A DNA stretch of 63,009 nt, counting the filler, from Rhabdomonas costata (lineage: Eukaryota), in NCBI GenBank assembly GCA_019059605.1. It is 25 parts of 25 records of this genome, joined end to end, with 100 filler letters (N's around TTAATTAATTAA, not from the genome) between each part and the next. Parts side by side here need not be neighbours in the genome. Positions count along the whole stretch, not along the records: positions 12,633 to 15,059 come from JAHMHO010003465.1; positions 15,160 to 17,586 come from JAHMHO010003466.1; positions 17,687 to 20,113 come from JAHMHO010003467.1; positions 20,214 to 22,640 come from JAHMHO010003468.1; positions 22,741 to 25,165 come from JAHMHO010003469.1; 20 more parts are not named here. One strand, 5' to 3'. The notes below the pieces were generated by a model. That model was not told the origin of the DNA. It worked only from the letters and a program-made list of their open reading frames with translations, and did not search any database. Of this stretch, positions 12,533-23,539 are shown piece by piece; position 1 is the stretch's first letter, and each line of letters begins with the position of its first letter. The position numbers were made by a program, and so were the translations under genes.

Positions 12533-12675
12533 NNNNNNNNNNNNNNNNNNNNNNNNNNNNNNNNNNNNNNNNNNNNTTAATTAATTAANNNNNNNNNNNN
12601 NNNNNNNNNNNNNNNNNNNNNNNNNNNNNNNNGTGGTTTTTTCCGGCTGAAGCTTCTCACTTTGCGAACCCGCAG

Positions 12676-14465
12676 CGACTCTGCCGCGGCCGCAGCTCCA
12701 AGAGCTATGCAAGTTCATGGGGATCCCCCACTTCGCCCCAGACGCCATCCTTCGGCTGCATCTGCGCCTGAAGCTAAGGCAGATTAAGAAGGACGACATG
12801 GTGTGCTCCGCGTCACCTCACGCAATAGGGTAAAACGAAAAGAGCGGATCTCCCTAAGAACAGGAAATTTTGCCATGGAATTGTGGAGAACTCCACCATT
12901 TCCACACGTGTGTGATGATGCGCATTGAAGAATGCGCGATGTGATGTTGAGCATTTGATGCTTCTGAGTTTAGCTGACATTTCCGCTGAATACGCTACCT
13001 TTGAACAGCATGGTTTTTGGTTACCCGTATCTGCGCGCGCGCATACACACACAAACACAGATGTTTGACCCTTCATGTGTATTTGCAGTTACGGAGTATA
13101 GGTAGAGGGGGGTGGGTCTCATCAGGAGCTGCACGCCATTGGGATCGACCGCCTTCCCTTGGAGGAGGTTGTGCTCGCTTGCCGCGCCCGAGGTGCATTG
13201 AACTAACCCCCCCCCCCATTCCATTATTCCATTGGATGTTACCAGGGTAGGGTAGGGGGATTCGGTTGAATTACTACCTGCTTTTTTAATTGCTGCTGAA
13301 TTGAAGCGTGCATAGCCCTCGAACACCACACACATCTGTGAACTCATCGGTGTCCCGTGGTTTTCAGCAGATTTCAGCATGTGGCTGTTTTGTCTGGTTT
13401 CCAACAAACATTTCTGATTCAGTCCTGGGTAGTGTGCAGCGGCGGGGAGTGCAGCTTTAAAGGGAAAAGGACACACACTCCTTCTCGTATCTACCTAGGA
13501 ATTTAGCGATAACGCTAGCCTTTGCATTGTATAATCTTTGCCTGGGAAGCCAAATCGTGCAGTGGTCGTTTATCGGGCAATCTGGAGAAAAGTATATTTA
13601 GACTGGGGTACAGGTGCAAGGAATCGGCATCTCGCCTCATTACCCTCCCCTTCCCCGACTTTGGCAGGTATTCGCACGGACCGTGGGGAACTTTCTGACG
13701 ACCTGACCCAGATCGACCCACCCCTGGAGGCCTTCCTGCGGCAGCAGCTGACGACGTGGCTGCACCTCAGCCTGCGGGAGAACCTCAGCAATTCCCTACT
13801 GCTGATGATCCAAGCCTTCAACATCACCCAGGTGGGCTCACAACCCTGCGCGCAAATACACGCGCACAGGCAACCGCCAGTGCGTCATGTGCGTAACACA
13901 CATCTTACCTAGCGGTGCCCTGAAGTGCGGGGACGGCAGCCATACAGGCTTCTGGTCATTATGCTTTCGTGCCCTTTAGACGCAATATCAGTCAGGAGGA
14001 GCCTTGGGTGCGACATTCCGCTCGTGATGTGGCTGTGAGCTTTGTGTGTGTTTGGGTCAAGCGCTTTTGCTGTCTCCTGCATCTTTCCTTCTCCCCTTAT
14101 GTCTGGGTTGTTCGCGCCGCTGAAACCGAATTTTTGATTTACTTTTGTATTCTTTTTATTATTGGGTTATTCTTTTTATTATTTTTATTATTGGGTTATC
14201 GGCCTGTTGAGTGAGGTTGTGGGAAAAAGTTGGTAGGCCTCAAAGGGAATACAACTTTCAAGCCTGGGAACGGGAGCGAGAGTCTCAGCTCCTGTATTTA
14301 CTTCACCACCACCACCACCACCACCACGATTACCAACACATCCAGGTCAGCAAGGTGGTGCAGGACGCGAAGAGCCAGCTCGAAGCCGCGACGGTGTCGC
14401 AGATCGACAAGGAGCGTGAGGCTCAGCTGCAGCAGGAGGAGCAGGAGGAGAAGCTGAAGCAGGAG
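12676..14465 (+). CDS. LETM1: LETM1/Mdm38 family mitochondrial inner-membrane protein, internal fragment (exons 12676-12800, 13126-13192, 13668-13831, 14346-14465)
   Basis: Spliced translation TLPRPQLQELCKFMGI...LRLHLRLKLRQIKKDDM-ELHAIGIDRLPLEEVVLACRARGI...LRQQLTTWLHLSLRENLSNSLLL matches the LETM1 ribosome-binding domain. Exon phases are consistent. Confidence 0.93.
14304..14327 (+). repeat. (CAC)n microsatellite in LETM1 intron
   Basis: About 8 CAC units just upstream of the acceptor at 14345. Confidence 0.9.
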
Positions 14466-15196
14466 GTTTGCTCCCTCCCTCAACTGCGTGTGCTTTAGGA
14501 TTTCACAACAGTCTCCGCTGCCGGTCGGGGGAAACCCTCGCAAACAACTGGCATCATAAACTTCTGCAGATATGCGGGTTAGCGCCTTTTGTCTGCGTTG
14601 CAGTTGGAAGGCTCCATCGAAGAAAGGACAGTGAGTTACTGCCTGCCTCCAGTAATCTCCTGCCCAATTCCCATGCCGTGTGAAGGGGAAAGGGGGAACC
14701 CCTCTGCAATCTGCGACCTTTTCACCCCCACCCTTGCTTGCTTCTGTGCTTTGTGCCGGACTTTGGACTTCTGCAGCTTTATGTAATGCCACAGTAAGTT
14801 CCCCCGCCGGGCATCCGGCACAGTCCTTTATCAGAGGAATAATTGACAGCAGAACAGGTAGCTGCGCGACAAAGGCCCGGGGACCCATGGGAGGTTACCG
14901 CATGTGGAACTCTCGGCAGTGAGCCGGTACCCCCGTTCGCTTCGAAGGTATACCTCTGGCGAGCACCCTTGTAACAACAGCGCGTGCGCCCATCAGTCCA
15001 CAGCTCTCACCAAAAACCAGTCAAGCAACAGGCAGCGCGCTATGCGCCCCCCACAACCCNNNNNNNNNNNNNNNNNNNNNNNNNNNNNNNNNNNNNNNNN
15101 NNNTTAATTAATTAANNNNNNNNNNNNNNNNNNNNNNNNNNNNNNNNNNNNNNNNNNNNTTGTGTTGGGTCCTGAGCCAAGTTTTGTTTTTTTCAG

Positions 15197-15309
15197 AGGA
15201 GATCGCGGCGCTGGAGAGGGAGTCCGCACGGATCTCCGATCAAATGAAGGAGCTGAAGGCCCAGCTCTACGCGAAGTTTGGGAAGTCCATTTACTTGGAG
15301 AACGAGTGA
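15197..15309 (+). CDS. PFDN4: Prefoldin subunit 4, last exon
   Basis: TTTCAG acceptor, then EIAALERESARISDQMKELKAQLYAKFGKSIYLENE*. LKxxLYAKFG is the PFDN4/Gim3 C-terminal motif. Confidence 0.9.
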
Positions 15310-15868
15310 GGCAGTGCGTGTGTGCAGGGGGAGGGGAGTTGCGCCCCCGTGCGACGCATCCCCTCTCTTCCTCTGCAGACTCCTCTCCTGTGACGACGGC
15401 TTTTGGTAGCCCACGGACGGCCACGGAGACCTGACCACTGACCCAGTGCTCGTGGCTGACTCTATTTTTCGACCTGTGTTTTAAAGCCCCTCCGCAGCCC
15501 CAGTGGGAGTAACGGCCGCTGGTTGCAAAGCAATACCACCGCCATAGACATGCCCTTTTTCGAGATTCATCTGAGCGCTTCTGGTTTCAAGGATTGGGTG
15601 CTTCATCTTATTAGATTGGTGTGAATCGATTCTTGTTGCAGTGTAATGTTTGGCTTTGCCGCGTCTCTCCAATCGGTGTGGCTCTGATGCACCACTTTTT
15701 TTTCTTGAACTCTCTGGTGCGGCGAAGGTGAGTTGCCCAATGAATGAAACCCAAATGTGAAAACTCCGGTTCTGCTTTGTCCATAATCAGTCGTCCAGTG
15801 CATATCAGCTGCATGCGCCCATCTGAAGATCAGTTGCAGAGGGATAGGTAGAGGCCCGTTGTGGTGTA

Positions 15869-15892
15869 CTTTTCTCCTTTCTTTCTCTGCAG
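15869..15892 (+). promoter_or_regulatory. Polypyrimidine tract + AG upstream of RIO2 start; candidate trans-splice acceptor
   Basis: CTTTTCTCCTTTCTTTCTCTGCAG lies 110 nt before the ATG, with no intervening ATG. Confidence 0.55.
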
Positions 15893-16002
15893 CACCACAC
15901 CCACACACAGAGCGAGGCAGGGGACGTTCTTTTGTGCTTTGTGTGGGAGGTGTCTTTTTTGATTGCCGCTGGACACTACCGCTCTCCCGTGTGTGAGGGA
16001 AA

Positions 16003-17586
16003 ATGAAGCTCGACCCCACCGTTGTGCGGTACCTCTCCGAGGAGGACTGGCGGGGCCTGGCCGCCGTGGAGATGGGCATGCGAAACCATGAGCTGGTGGC
16101 TGCGCCCACACACACACATACCTTTCGGGGCAAGCACTAAGTACCTTGGTGTGGAGAGCATTTGATTTTGGCACACCACCCGAAGAGATTTACAGTTGTC
16201 GCTGCTGGACGGCGGGTTGGCTACGACAGGGACGTATGAGGGGAGGCGCGTCAATCTCTTCGCTCGCAAAAGACTGCGCAGGGCAGCAGAGCTCCGTAGA
16301 TGTAAGTTTCGGTGTGGATTTCATCAATTGCCTGTGTGCCCAGAAGGCCACCCTTGCGTACGTGGTGTGTTCTGGGACCAGAAGAAACGTTCAGGTTCTG
16401 GCAATCTGTGCGGTGCTTCTATGTGGCGTCTATGCGTGTTAGGATATATGTGCAGGAGTGGGCATGGGGGTGGGCTTGGGGTGTCCCTCAATGTATGTGT
16501 GCTGCGTTTGTGTCTGTTGGTGAAATTCCTCCCACCTACAAGCGCAATAGTGTGTTTGCGTGTTGAGGCTGGAGATTTCTTTGCTTGGGGTTTCGTTGAA
16601 CACAAAACCAAACTCAGACATTCTCATGCGTGTGTGGGAAGGATGGTAGATTGCGGGGGGGATCGGCGCAGGTGCCCACCCCTCTGATTGAGAGGATCGC
16701 TGGGCTACGGCTGGGCGGGGTGAAGAAGTGCCTAGTGCAGCTGCTGCGGCACAAACTCATCGTGCACGAGAACAGAAAGGTGCCTGTGCCCAATTGTGGA
16801 GTGACAGGGACGGGGGGGGTCCACTGGTGGGCCCTGGGATTGCAGCAGGACACCACCATCTGGTTTGTAGAGAAGCACCGTATAAGCCTAACAAAAACGG
16901 TGCCTTGCTCTGAAACGTCCGAGAACCAAAGAAAAGGCATTCTCTTGTTCAGTGAGTTCTGCTTCTCTTTTCTCGGGCCCGATGGGTGTGCGTGAGTGCG
17001 TGGGTGAGTAATGTGTGTTTGTGTGGCACGTTTGTGCAGTACGATGGCTACAAGTTGGTGTACGGGGGCTACGACTACCTCGCCCTCCACGCCTTTGTGA
17101 AGCGCAACCGCGTGGCCTCCGTGGGCAACCGCATTGGGGTGGGTAAGGAGGCTGGTGTGTGCGCGCCATTTCCCTTTCCCGCGACATCACTGGTCCTGGT
17201 CCATGTCACAAGAAAAACTAGAGAGCCCGTCTTCTCAGTCCTCAAGCACAGAACGTCATTCTGTTTCTGCTATTCTGCGGTGGATCGTTTAACACCTTGG
17301 GCATCCCTCTAACACACATTCTACAAATACTGGCGACTCAGTGGCCAAGCAGTGTATGCAACCCAGGCTAAACTTCGGGGTGCAGATGTGTAAGTACCAA
17401 AGCTCAAGAGGACATTTCTGACGTGGTCAAGAGGACGTTCCGCAGTGGCTGGCGTGCCCTAGCACATACACTTAACGCTTAACCCTCGCACAGATGTGTT
17501 CGTGGTGGCGGACTCGGAGGGCCGCGAGATGATCCTTAAGCTACACCGGCTGGGCCGGACTTCCTTCCAGTCGGTCACCCAAACCC
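16003..17586 (+). CDS. RIO2: RIO2 atypical kinase, 5' part (exons 16003-16095, 16672-16779, 17040-17154, 17494-contig end)
   Basis: MKLD...[17 protein letters not shown]...[16 protein letters not shown]...IGVGKEA|DVFVV...[11 protein letters not shown] are hallmark RIO2 motifs. GT-AG introns, phases consistent. Confidence 0.97.
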
Positions 17587-17720
17587 NNNNNNNNNNNNNN
17601 NNNNNNNNNNNNNNNNNNNNNNNNNNNNNNTTAATTAATTAANNNNNNNNNNNNNNNNNNNNNNNNNNNNNNNNNNNNNNNNNNNNGGTGTTGGTGTGTG
17701 TGTGTGGGGGGGGGGCGTAC

Positions 17721-20093
17721 AAGAATCCGCCGGAGTCGTGGCGCAGGAAGTGGCTGTAGGCCTCGTAGAAGACATCATTGAAGAGCTGTGAGACCAGCTC
17801 CAGCTCCTCACGGATCTGCAGGTACTGCTCCTTCACATTCGGGTCCCGGGCCCACCTGCGCAAAAACCACGCCTACCTCAAATACGCAGCCAACCGCGCA
17901 CCAAACAGAGTGTGGATAGATGCGGGGGGCCCTGGGCGAAAAGTCGACAAAGGAAAGGCCATCTGACAGCAGCCGGGAATGAGGGAATGAAAAGAACTCT
18001 GTCACAAACGTCTCTGAGAATGTTGAGAATGACCCAGTTTGTATAAGGACCAGGATGTATTGCCATATGAAAAAAAACTGCAGACCTCGCACCAAATCTG
18101 TTGAAGTCCGAAGTGCCACAAACAATGAGCCATACACCTCCTCCTCCCCCCTGAAAAGCAAGAATCCCAAGAATCCCGAAATGGCGAACACGGATAGAGA
18201 ATGTGACTGTGGAGGGGAATGTGGGGGTTGTATGGTTCACACCACTCCGCCTCCCCGGCCGCCGCGGTAGCTGTGGGCAGCTCAGCCTGGGCGGAGTCCT
18301 GCAGCGCAATCGCAGGGACGTCCTCGGACTCCACCACGGGGTCTTCGGCGTGCCGCACGGTCTTCGTCTTTCCCTTTGAGCAAACGGCACCATCCATCCC
18401 ATCCATTTCTAGCATTCCTAACCTGAAGCCCCGAGCACAGCAAAGCTCGTGAAACTCTATGCTCCCAATCGTCACTCATGCTTTCAACTCCCAAACAACA
18501 GGAATAACGTTGCCCTTCGCCATTCCCTTCCCAATACACATATGCTAAACAATCGCCACGAACTCGCATAGTTGCCAAACTTGAACCTGGGCATCATCTT
18601 TATAGGGTCTTTATAACCATCGTACAACACCAATCACCAATGGTAGTCCTACGGTGATCCCCCATTTACTTCCGTTCGCAAAGACTACCACATTGCTCGA
18701 GTTGTTCTCCAGCTTAAGCACAAGGATCCTTCCTTCCTTCCTTTCTTCCTGTCTTGAGTCTTGCGGCAGAAAGGCTCTGCCTAATGCAACTTACTGACCT
18801 CCAGGCAGGATAGTTCAGGATCATGACAAAGGGAAAGGGGGGAGGGGAGGGCTGTACCTTGGTGGGACTGGAAGTGGGCGAGCAGTGAGCTCGCTTGAAG
18901 ATGATATCCCCGCTGAGCTGGTACTGGTGGCGGTCCACATCGTCGAGGTCTTGCTGGTGCTGTCCCTCGGACTGAGGGTCCCGGCTCTGCCCCCAACCAA
19001 CCAATCATGGGCATATGATGCGCAGGTGATTAGGGAACAGATTGCTCCTTGAGAGAGTTGCTACCCCCTCTCTATCTCCCAAATCCATACCTGCCATCAC
19101 AATCCTAAATACTCCCACCACCGAAGCGGAAAGGCGGTTGAAGGTAGAAACTGAAAACGGGGTGCAGCGGTGTTGCCCGCACTACTCGTGCGTAATGCTT
19201 GGTCTGCAGCAGCAACCGCGTGCTGGGACGCGACCATCCCCTAACCCATCAGCTCGCACACCATAGTTTGTGCCAGCCAGAATGAAGCCAGGAAGTTGCT
19301 GGTGGTATCAGCAAAACGGCTTTCTTGAGTGCGGCGAGATTTCCGATCGATTGGTAAGGGCGTTAAGGGCGGTGCACGTTATTTATGGGTGCGTGAGGTA
19401 GCGCGTTTGTGCTTAGCTTCACCACACCCCAGAAAACACCCCAGACACCAATCTTATGTCCGTGTACTGTGTGCGTTAGGTAGAGCAGGCACGAGGGGGA
19501 AGGCGTATGCCTGGCTGGTCTCGTCCGGAGAGGTGAAGATGGGGCTGAGGTTCAGGGGCATCTGGGACTGGTGCTGCCGGTCGGAGATGCGAATGCTGAG
19601 AGACAGAATACCCCACCCCACCCCAGACCGTCTTAATTTCAGAAAACGTCCGAAATTTCCTCAAAAGCGGCCTCATTTTCAACAAAACCGCGCGCACGTG
19701 CGCTCGCCCTCACGGCCGTCTTGGTATGCTACCTATCACCCCGTTGTCCAATTTCCATTTCGCGGCTTGCTTAAAAAAAATCAGGAAACTTTCTGAAGAA
19801 GACACACAAAAGTAAAGGTGAAGAGTGGTGACAACGGGGGTAGAGGTTCCGATGAAACAAGGATATCCACCCACCCACTCAGCCACACGCCGATCCACGC
19901 GAGCTTGGCTGATACCTGCCGCACCACAGCAGCCACACTTGGTCCGCCTTGTCCACCTTGAAGTACAGCACCATCCGGGTGATGTTCTTGTGCTCGGTGT
20001 TCTGGAAGTGCTGCACTATGCTGCTGCAGATCGCCTTGATCTGCCCCGTGGTCTTCGGCGCGCAGATCCCATCCTCAGAGTAGTGGCTCGGAC
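17721..20093 (-). CDS. Conserved-looking hypothetical protein fragment (exons 19916-20093, 19511-19595, 18858-18986, 18243-18373, 17721-17855)
   Basis: Five GC3-rich exons join in frame, one through a GC donor at 19510. Contains ITRMVLYFKVDKADQVWLLWCGSIRI, which recalls an uncharacterised family in flagellated protists. Confidence 0.8.
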
Positions 20094-20558
20094 CTGCCGC
20101 ACCCCCCCCCCCCNNNNNNNNNNNNNNNNNNNNNNNNNNNNNNNNNNNNNNNNNNNNTTAATTAATTAANNNNNNNNNNNNNNNNNNNNNNNNNNNNNNN
20201 NNNNNNNNNNNNNGGTGTTTGGGTAAAGCTGAGGTTTTGACTGCGCCTGCGATTGTCAGTGTTGCAGCATTGGTCAAGGTTCGTTGGGATTTATGTAAAA
20301 TTTCAATGATTGCCAATGGTTCAACAAAAACCAAATGGTTCAAAAAAAAAAGGAGTTATCAAAGCCCGAAAGCCACACTCGTTTGCTCTCTTCGTGTCCC
20401 CATCGAAATGCCGTAGTGCAAATTCACGCAGGTGTATACACACTTCCGGATACACACCGCAGGACATGGGGCATTCTCCAAAGGGAGGAAGGCAGAATCC
20501 GGTTTCGTTAGAATTCCCTGCTCTATGCCGTGACCTCTTGCTCTCTCCGAACCTTCAG

Positions 20559-22326
20559 CCGTTTCAGCCCGCCTACCTGGTCGCCGTTGACCACAAGTGG
20601 AGGGCCATCGTCGTGACCTTCCGGGGTACGCAGACGGGCGATGACATGGTAACTAGCTTCCAGACGAAGGTTGACGAGAGAGTGCAGTACTCACTGTGGG
20701 TTGCTGTTTCTAGTTTACGTTCCGCTTATTCTGCCTCGCGTGCGCTACTTTTCGAACCTTACTTACTACTTCAACACCACCTCCCTCTCCACCACCATAC
20801 GTACGCGTCTGTATGCACAGGATGGGTTGTGACCTGATGTTCTGTCTTTTCTGTGGGAGCTTAGCACAGTTTTGAGATCTCAGTGCGTCAGCCATTCTTC
20901 GCCCTCCCCCCTCCCTTATCCAGGTTTTTGGCAATCCCCTGGGTTTAAGCCAACCCGCTGTAAACGGGAACCTCACATCTGTGTTCGTGTGTATTTAAGT
21001 GTACCGCGACCTTTTCCCTCAACCAAACCAGTTGACCGTGGCGGAGCTTCCCTGCCTTGGGAAGCTTCGAGTGCTTGAGGGGTTCTGGAAGGCCGCGACG
21101 AACTCCAAGAACCGCCTGTACACCCGCGGGGCCCTGGCGGCCGCCATGGCCGCCAACCCCGGCTACGGTCTTGTGCTGACCGGGCACTCCATGGGCGCCG
21201 CGGTGGCCACCCTGGTGGGGCTGATGTACCGTGCCGAGCTCCGCCCGCTGTGCCGTGGGGTGAGGGTGTACGCGTTGTCCCTGCCGCTGCTCTTCGCTAA
21301 AGTCTCCTCTTCTCTCCTTTTCTCTTCTCTTGCATTCTCTTGTCTTCTCCACACGCACATATGTGCCATGACGAGGTCTTTCTGTCATTCTGCTTTTTCT
21401 TAGTGGTTTGAAAGCTGTCTAAGGAAAGCAAACCTGTCTCTCAATTCTCTTCCTTCTCTTCCATTCTCTTCTCTTCCATTCTCTTCTCTTCTCTTCTCTT
21501 CTCTTCTCTTCTTTTCTCTTCTTTACTCTTCTCCTCTTGTTTTCTCTTCTCTTTCCCTCCTGTTTTCTCTGCTTTCTGCCTCTGTTTGTCTCTGTGTGTT
21601 TCGTAGTCGGCTGTGGCTGTGGCCTGTGTTGTGTGTCGTTGGTTTTTTCTGTTTCCCGTCAATCCCACATCCCCAAACGACACACATTTACACACACACC
21701 GCTTTCCTGTTGGATTGCTGCTGTTCAGCGTTTCTTCCACTTGTCTCTTTTTGCTCTTGTGTTCACGGAGATGTGTCCACGTGTTTGTTGCCACCGTGAA
21801 TTTTCTCACTATCCAAGGTGTGTCTATGTGTGTTGAACCACAGTAATCAATAACAAGCGGTTTTTTCCAGCTCGGTGATGCGTCTATGGGAGTTTTTCAA
21901 CCCCCAAAATGAGTCCTGGGAGCCGCTCTTACCTTCGACACGCCGAGGTCTCGCATATTCTCTCCCGCTTTTCTTTCCAATGCATACCTTCGAACCGGAA
22001 CCGGCTCCACCCGTCACCCTCGAAGAGATGGACGCAGGCTGCAACGGCGCTGTTCCCTTGTCCCTTGCTGTCATGCCCGGGTACCGTGAGGGGCCATGTC
22101 AATTCCGTGAAAACTTGCATCTCCCGTGAAGGATGTGAAAGACAGTCCATGTCAGCAACTGGGGGCAGGGTTGAGGAGTTGAAGAGAGGTGAGCTGCTGA
22201 TGATTCCGCCGATCATTTGCTGCCTCCCTCTGCCCTATTACAACAGGAGGACCTCACCCCAGCCGCGAAGACCGCGCTTTGGGAGCTGGTGGTGGGGTGC
22301 GAGCTGGACCACGACGTGGTCACACG
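20559..22326 (+). CDS. Class 3 lipase (DAG-lipase-like) fragment (exons 20559-~20669, 21032-21301, 22247-~22326)
   Basis: AYLVAVDH...IVVTFRGT, EGFWKAA, nucleophile elbow LVLTGHSMGAAVA, and the DxVxR acid motif (DHDVVTR). Confidence 0.92.
21446..21560 (+). repeat. (TCTCT)n/CT-rich simple repeat in lipase intron
   Basis: Tandem TTCTC pentamers. Confidence 0.9.
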
Positions 22327-22740
22327 GTTCAGCTTGACGCGCTGAAAGCGAAACATGTACTGCTCATACTGGTGTCTACGGGTGCCGGTCCCCTTGGTTT
22401 AGTTTTCTCCTTCACCGTTTACCAGCCTTATACCGGTACACAGCCTTATTGCTTATCCTGGAGCAGTGCCGTCCCAGCGCAACCCCTAACATCGGGCGGT
22501 GTCCCAGTGCGTGTGCGCATCGCCTCCATATCTGTGTCCCAGTGGTTGTATGCTCCTTTTGATAGGTTGGGTCCCGGTGCGTGTGTGGGTTCTGAGTCCG
22601 GGGGCTCTTCCCGCCACCCCCCCCAAACACACCTCACACANNNNNNNNNNNNNNNNNNNNNNNNNNNNNNNNNNNNNNNNNNNNTTAATTAATTAANNNN
22701 NNNNNNNNNNNNNNNNNNNNNNNNNNNNNNNNNNNNNNNN

Positions 22741-22843
22741 CGCCAGATGAGCCGTGCAGGAAAGCCGGCCGCAGGGGCAGCCCAGGGTAGGGCTGGGAGT
22801 GCTTGCGCAAGTACTGGGCCAGCAGAAGGTCCTGCTGCACCAT
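22741..22843 (-). CDS. Probable first exon of a hypothetical protein (MVQQDLLLAQYLRKHSQPYPGLP...)
   Basis: The ATG lies 2 nt after a pyrimidine-rich ...CCTGAAG acceptor. GC3-rich codons; runs off the contig end. Confidence 0.45.
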
Positions 22844-23539
22844 GGCTTCAGGAAGGCGGGAAGAAGGGGTCATTGGAGATGCGGGATGGGTTAGAGGGTG
22901 AGTGGGGAGAAATCGTGCTCAGCAGGGAAAAGGTGAGGCAAGGCAGGAAGTTAATAAACTCCAGGCTGAAACAGAGAAAGACTTTCCCCACTTTCGTGAA
23001 GTTGAATCCCATGTTCTCCGTGAAACTTCTTCCGTTCTTCCGAATACCGAGCTTTTTTGCAGTCAGTAGCAGCCTCAACCTCCTCGGCAGTCGATTTTGG
23101 TAATAGCAACCAAAGCCCAAAGGGCCGTTCAACCAATTATACCTTCTCAATGTTGTGTTCCGGTTCAAATGCCCCCGAATCTTTGAAAATTACAAATATG
23201 GAACTAAGATTCCAGAGCTGGAATCTGGGCGCGTTGTTTCGCCCACCACACCGGCAAGCATAGACTTCCCGGAGCTGAGAGTTTCGCAGGAATCTCCAGT
23301 GTTCGAACATGTGAGAAAAGCAGGGGTCCACCCGGACTTAAGATAGGTCTCACGGCTTGCTGCCTGAAATCACAAAAGAAGACCACATTTGGGTCCACCT
23401 TTCATACCAGCCGCAAGAAATCTCTCAAACAGGCTGTTTTGGACATTTGTGATAGGGAAAGGGCCGTGCGCGGCTGCAAACGGCTGCAACTTGCGGACGA
23501 AGCTCAGCCGCAGCGCTGCAATGGTTCACCCGCCACGAT

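Noticed and set aside
15456-15471. CTGACTCTATTTTTCG resembling the 3' end of a euglenid spliced leader
   Set aside because: Short, imperfect, not followed by a GT donor, and located in the PFDN4 3' region.
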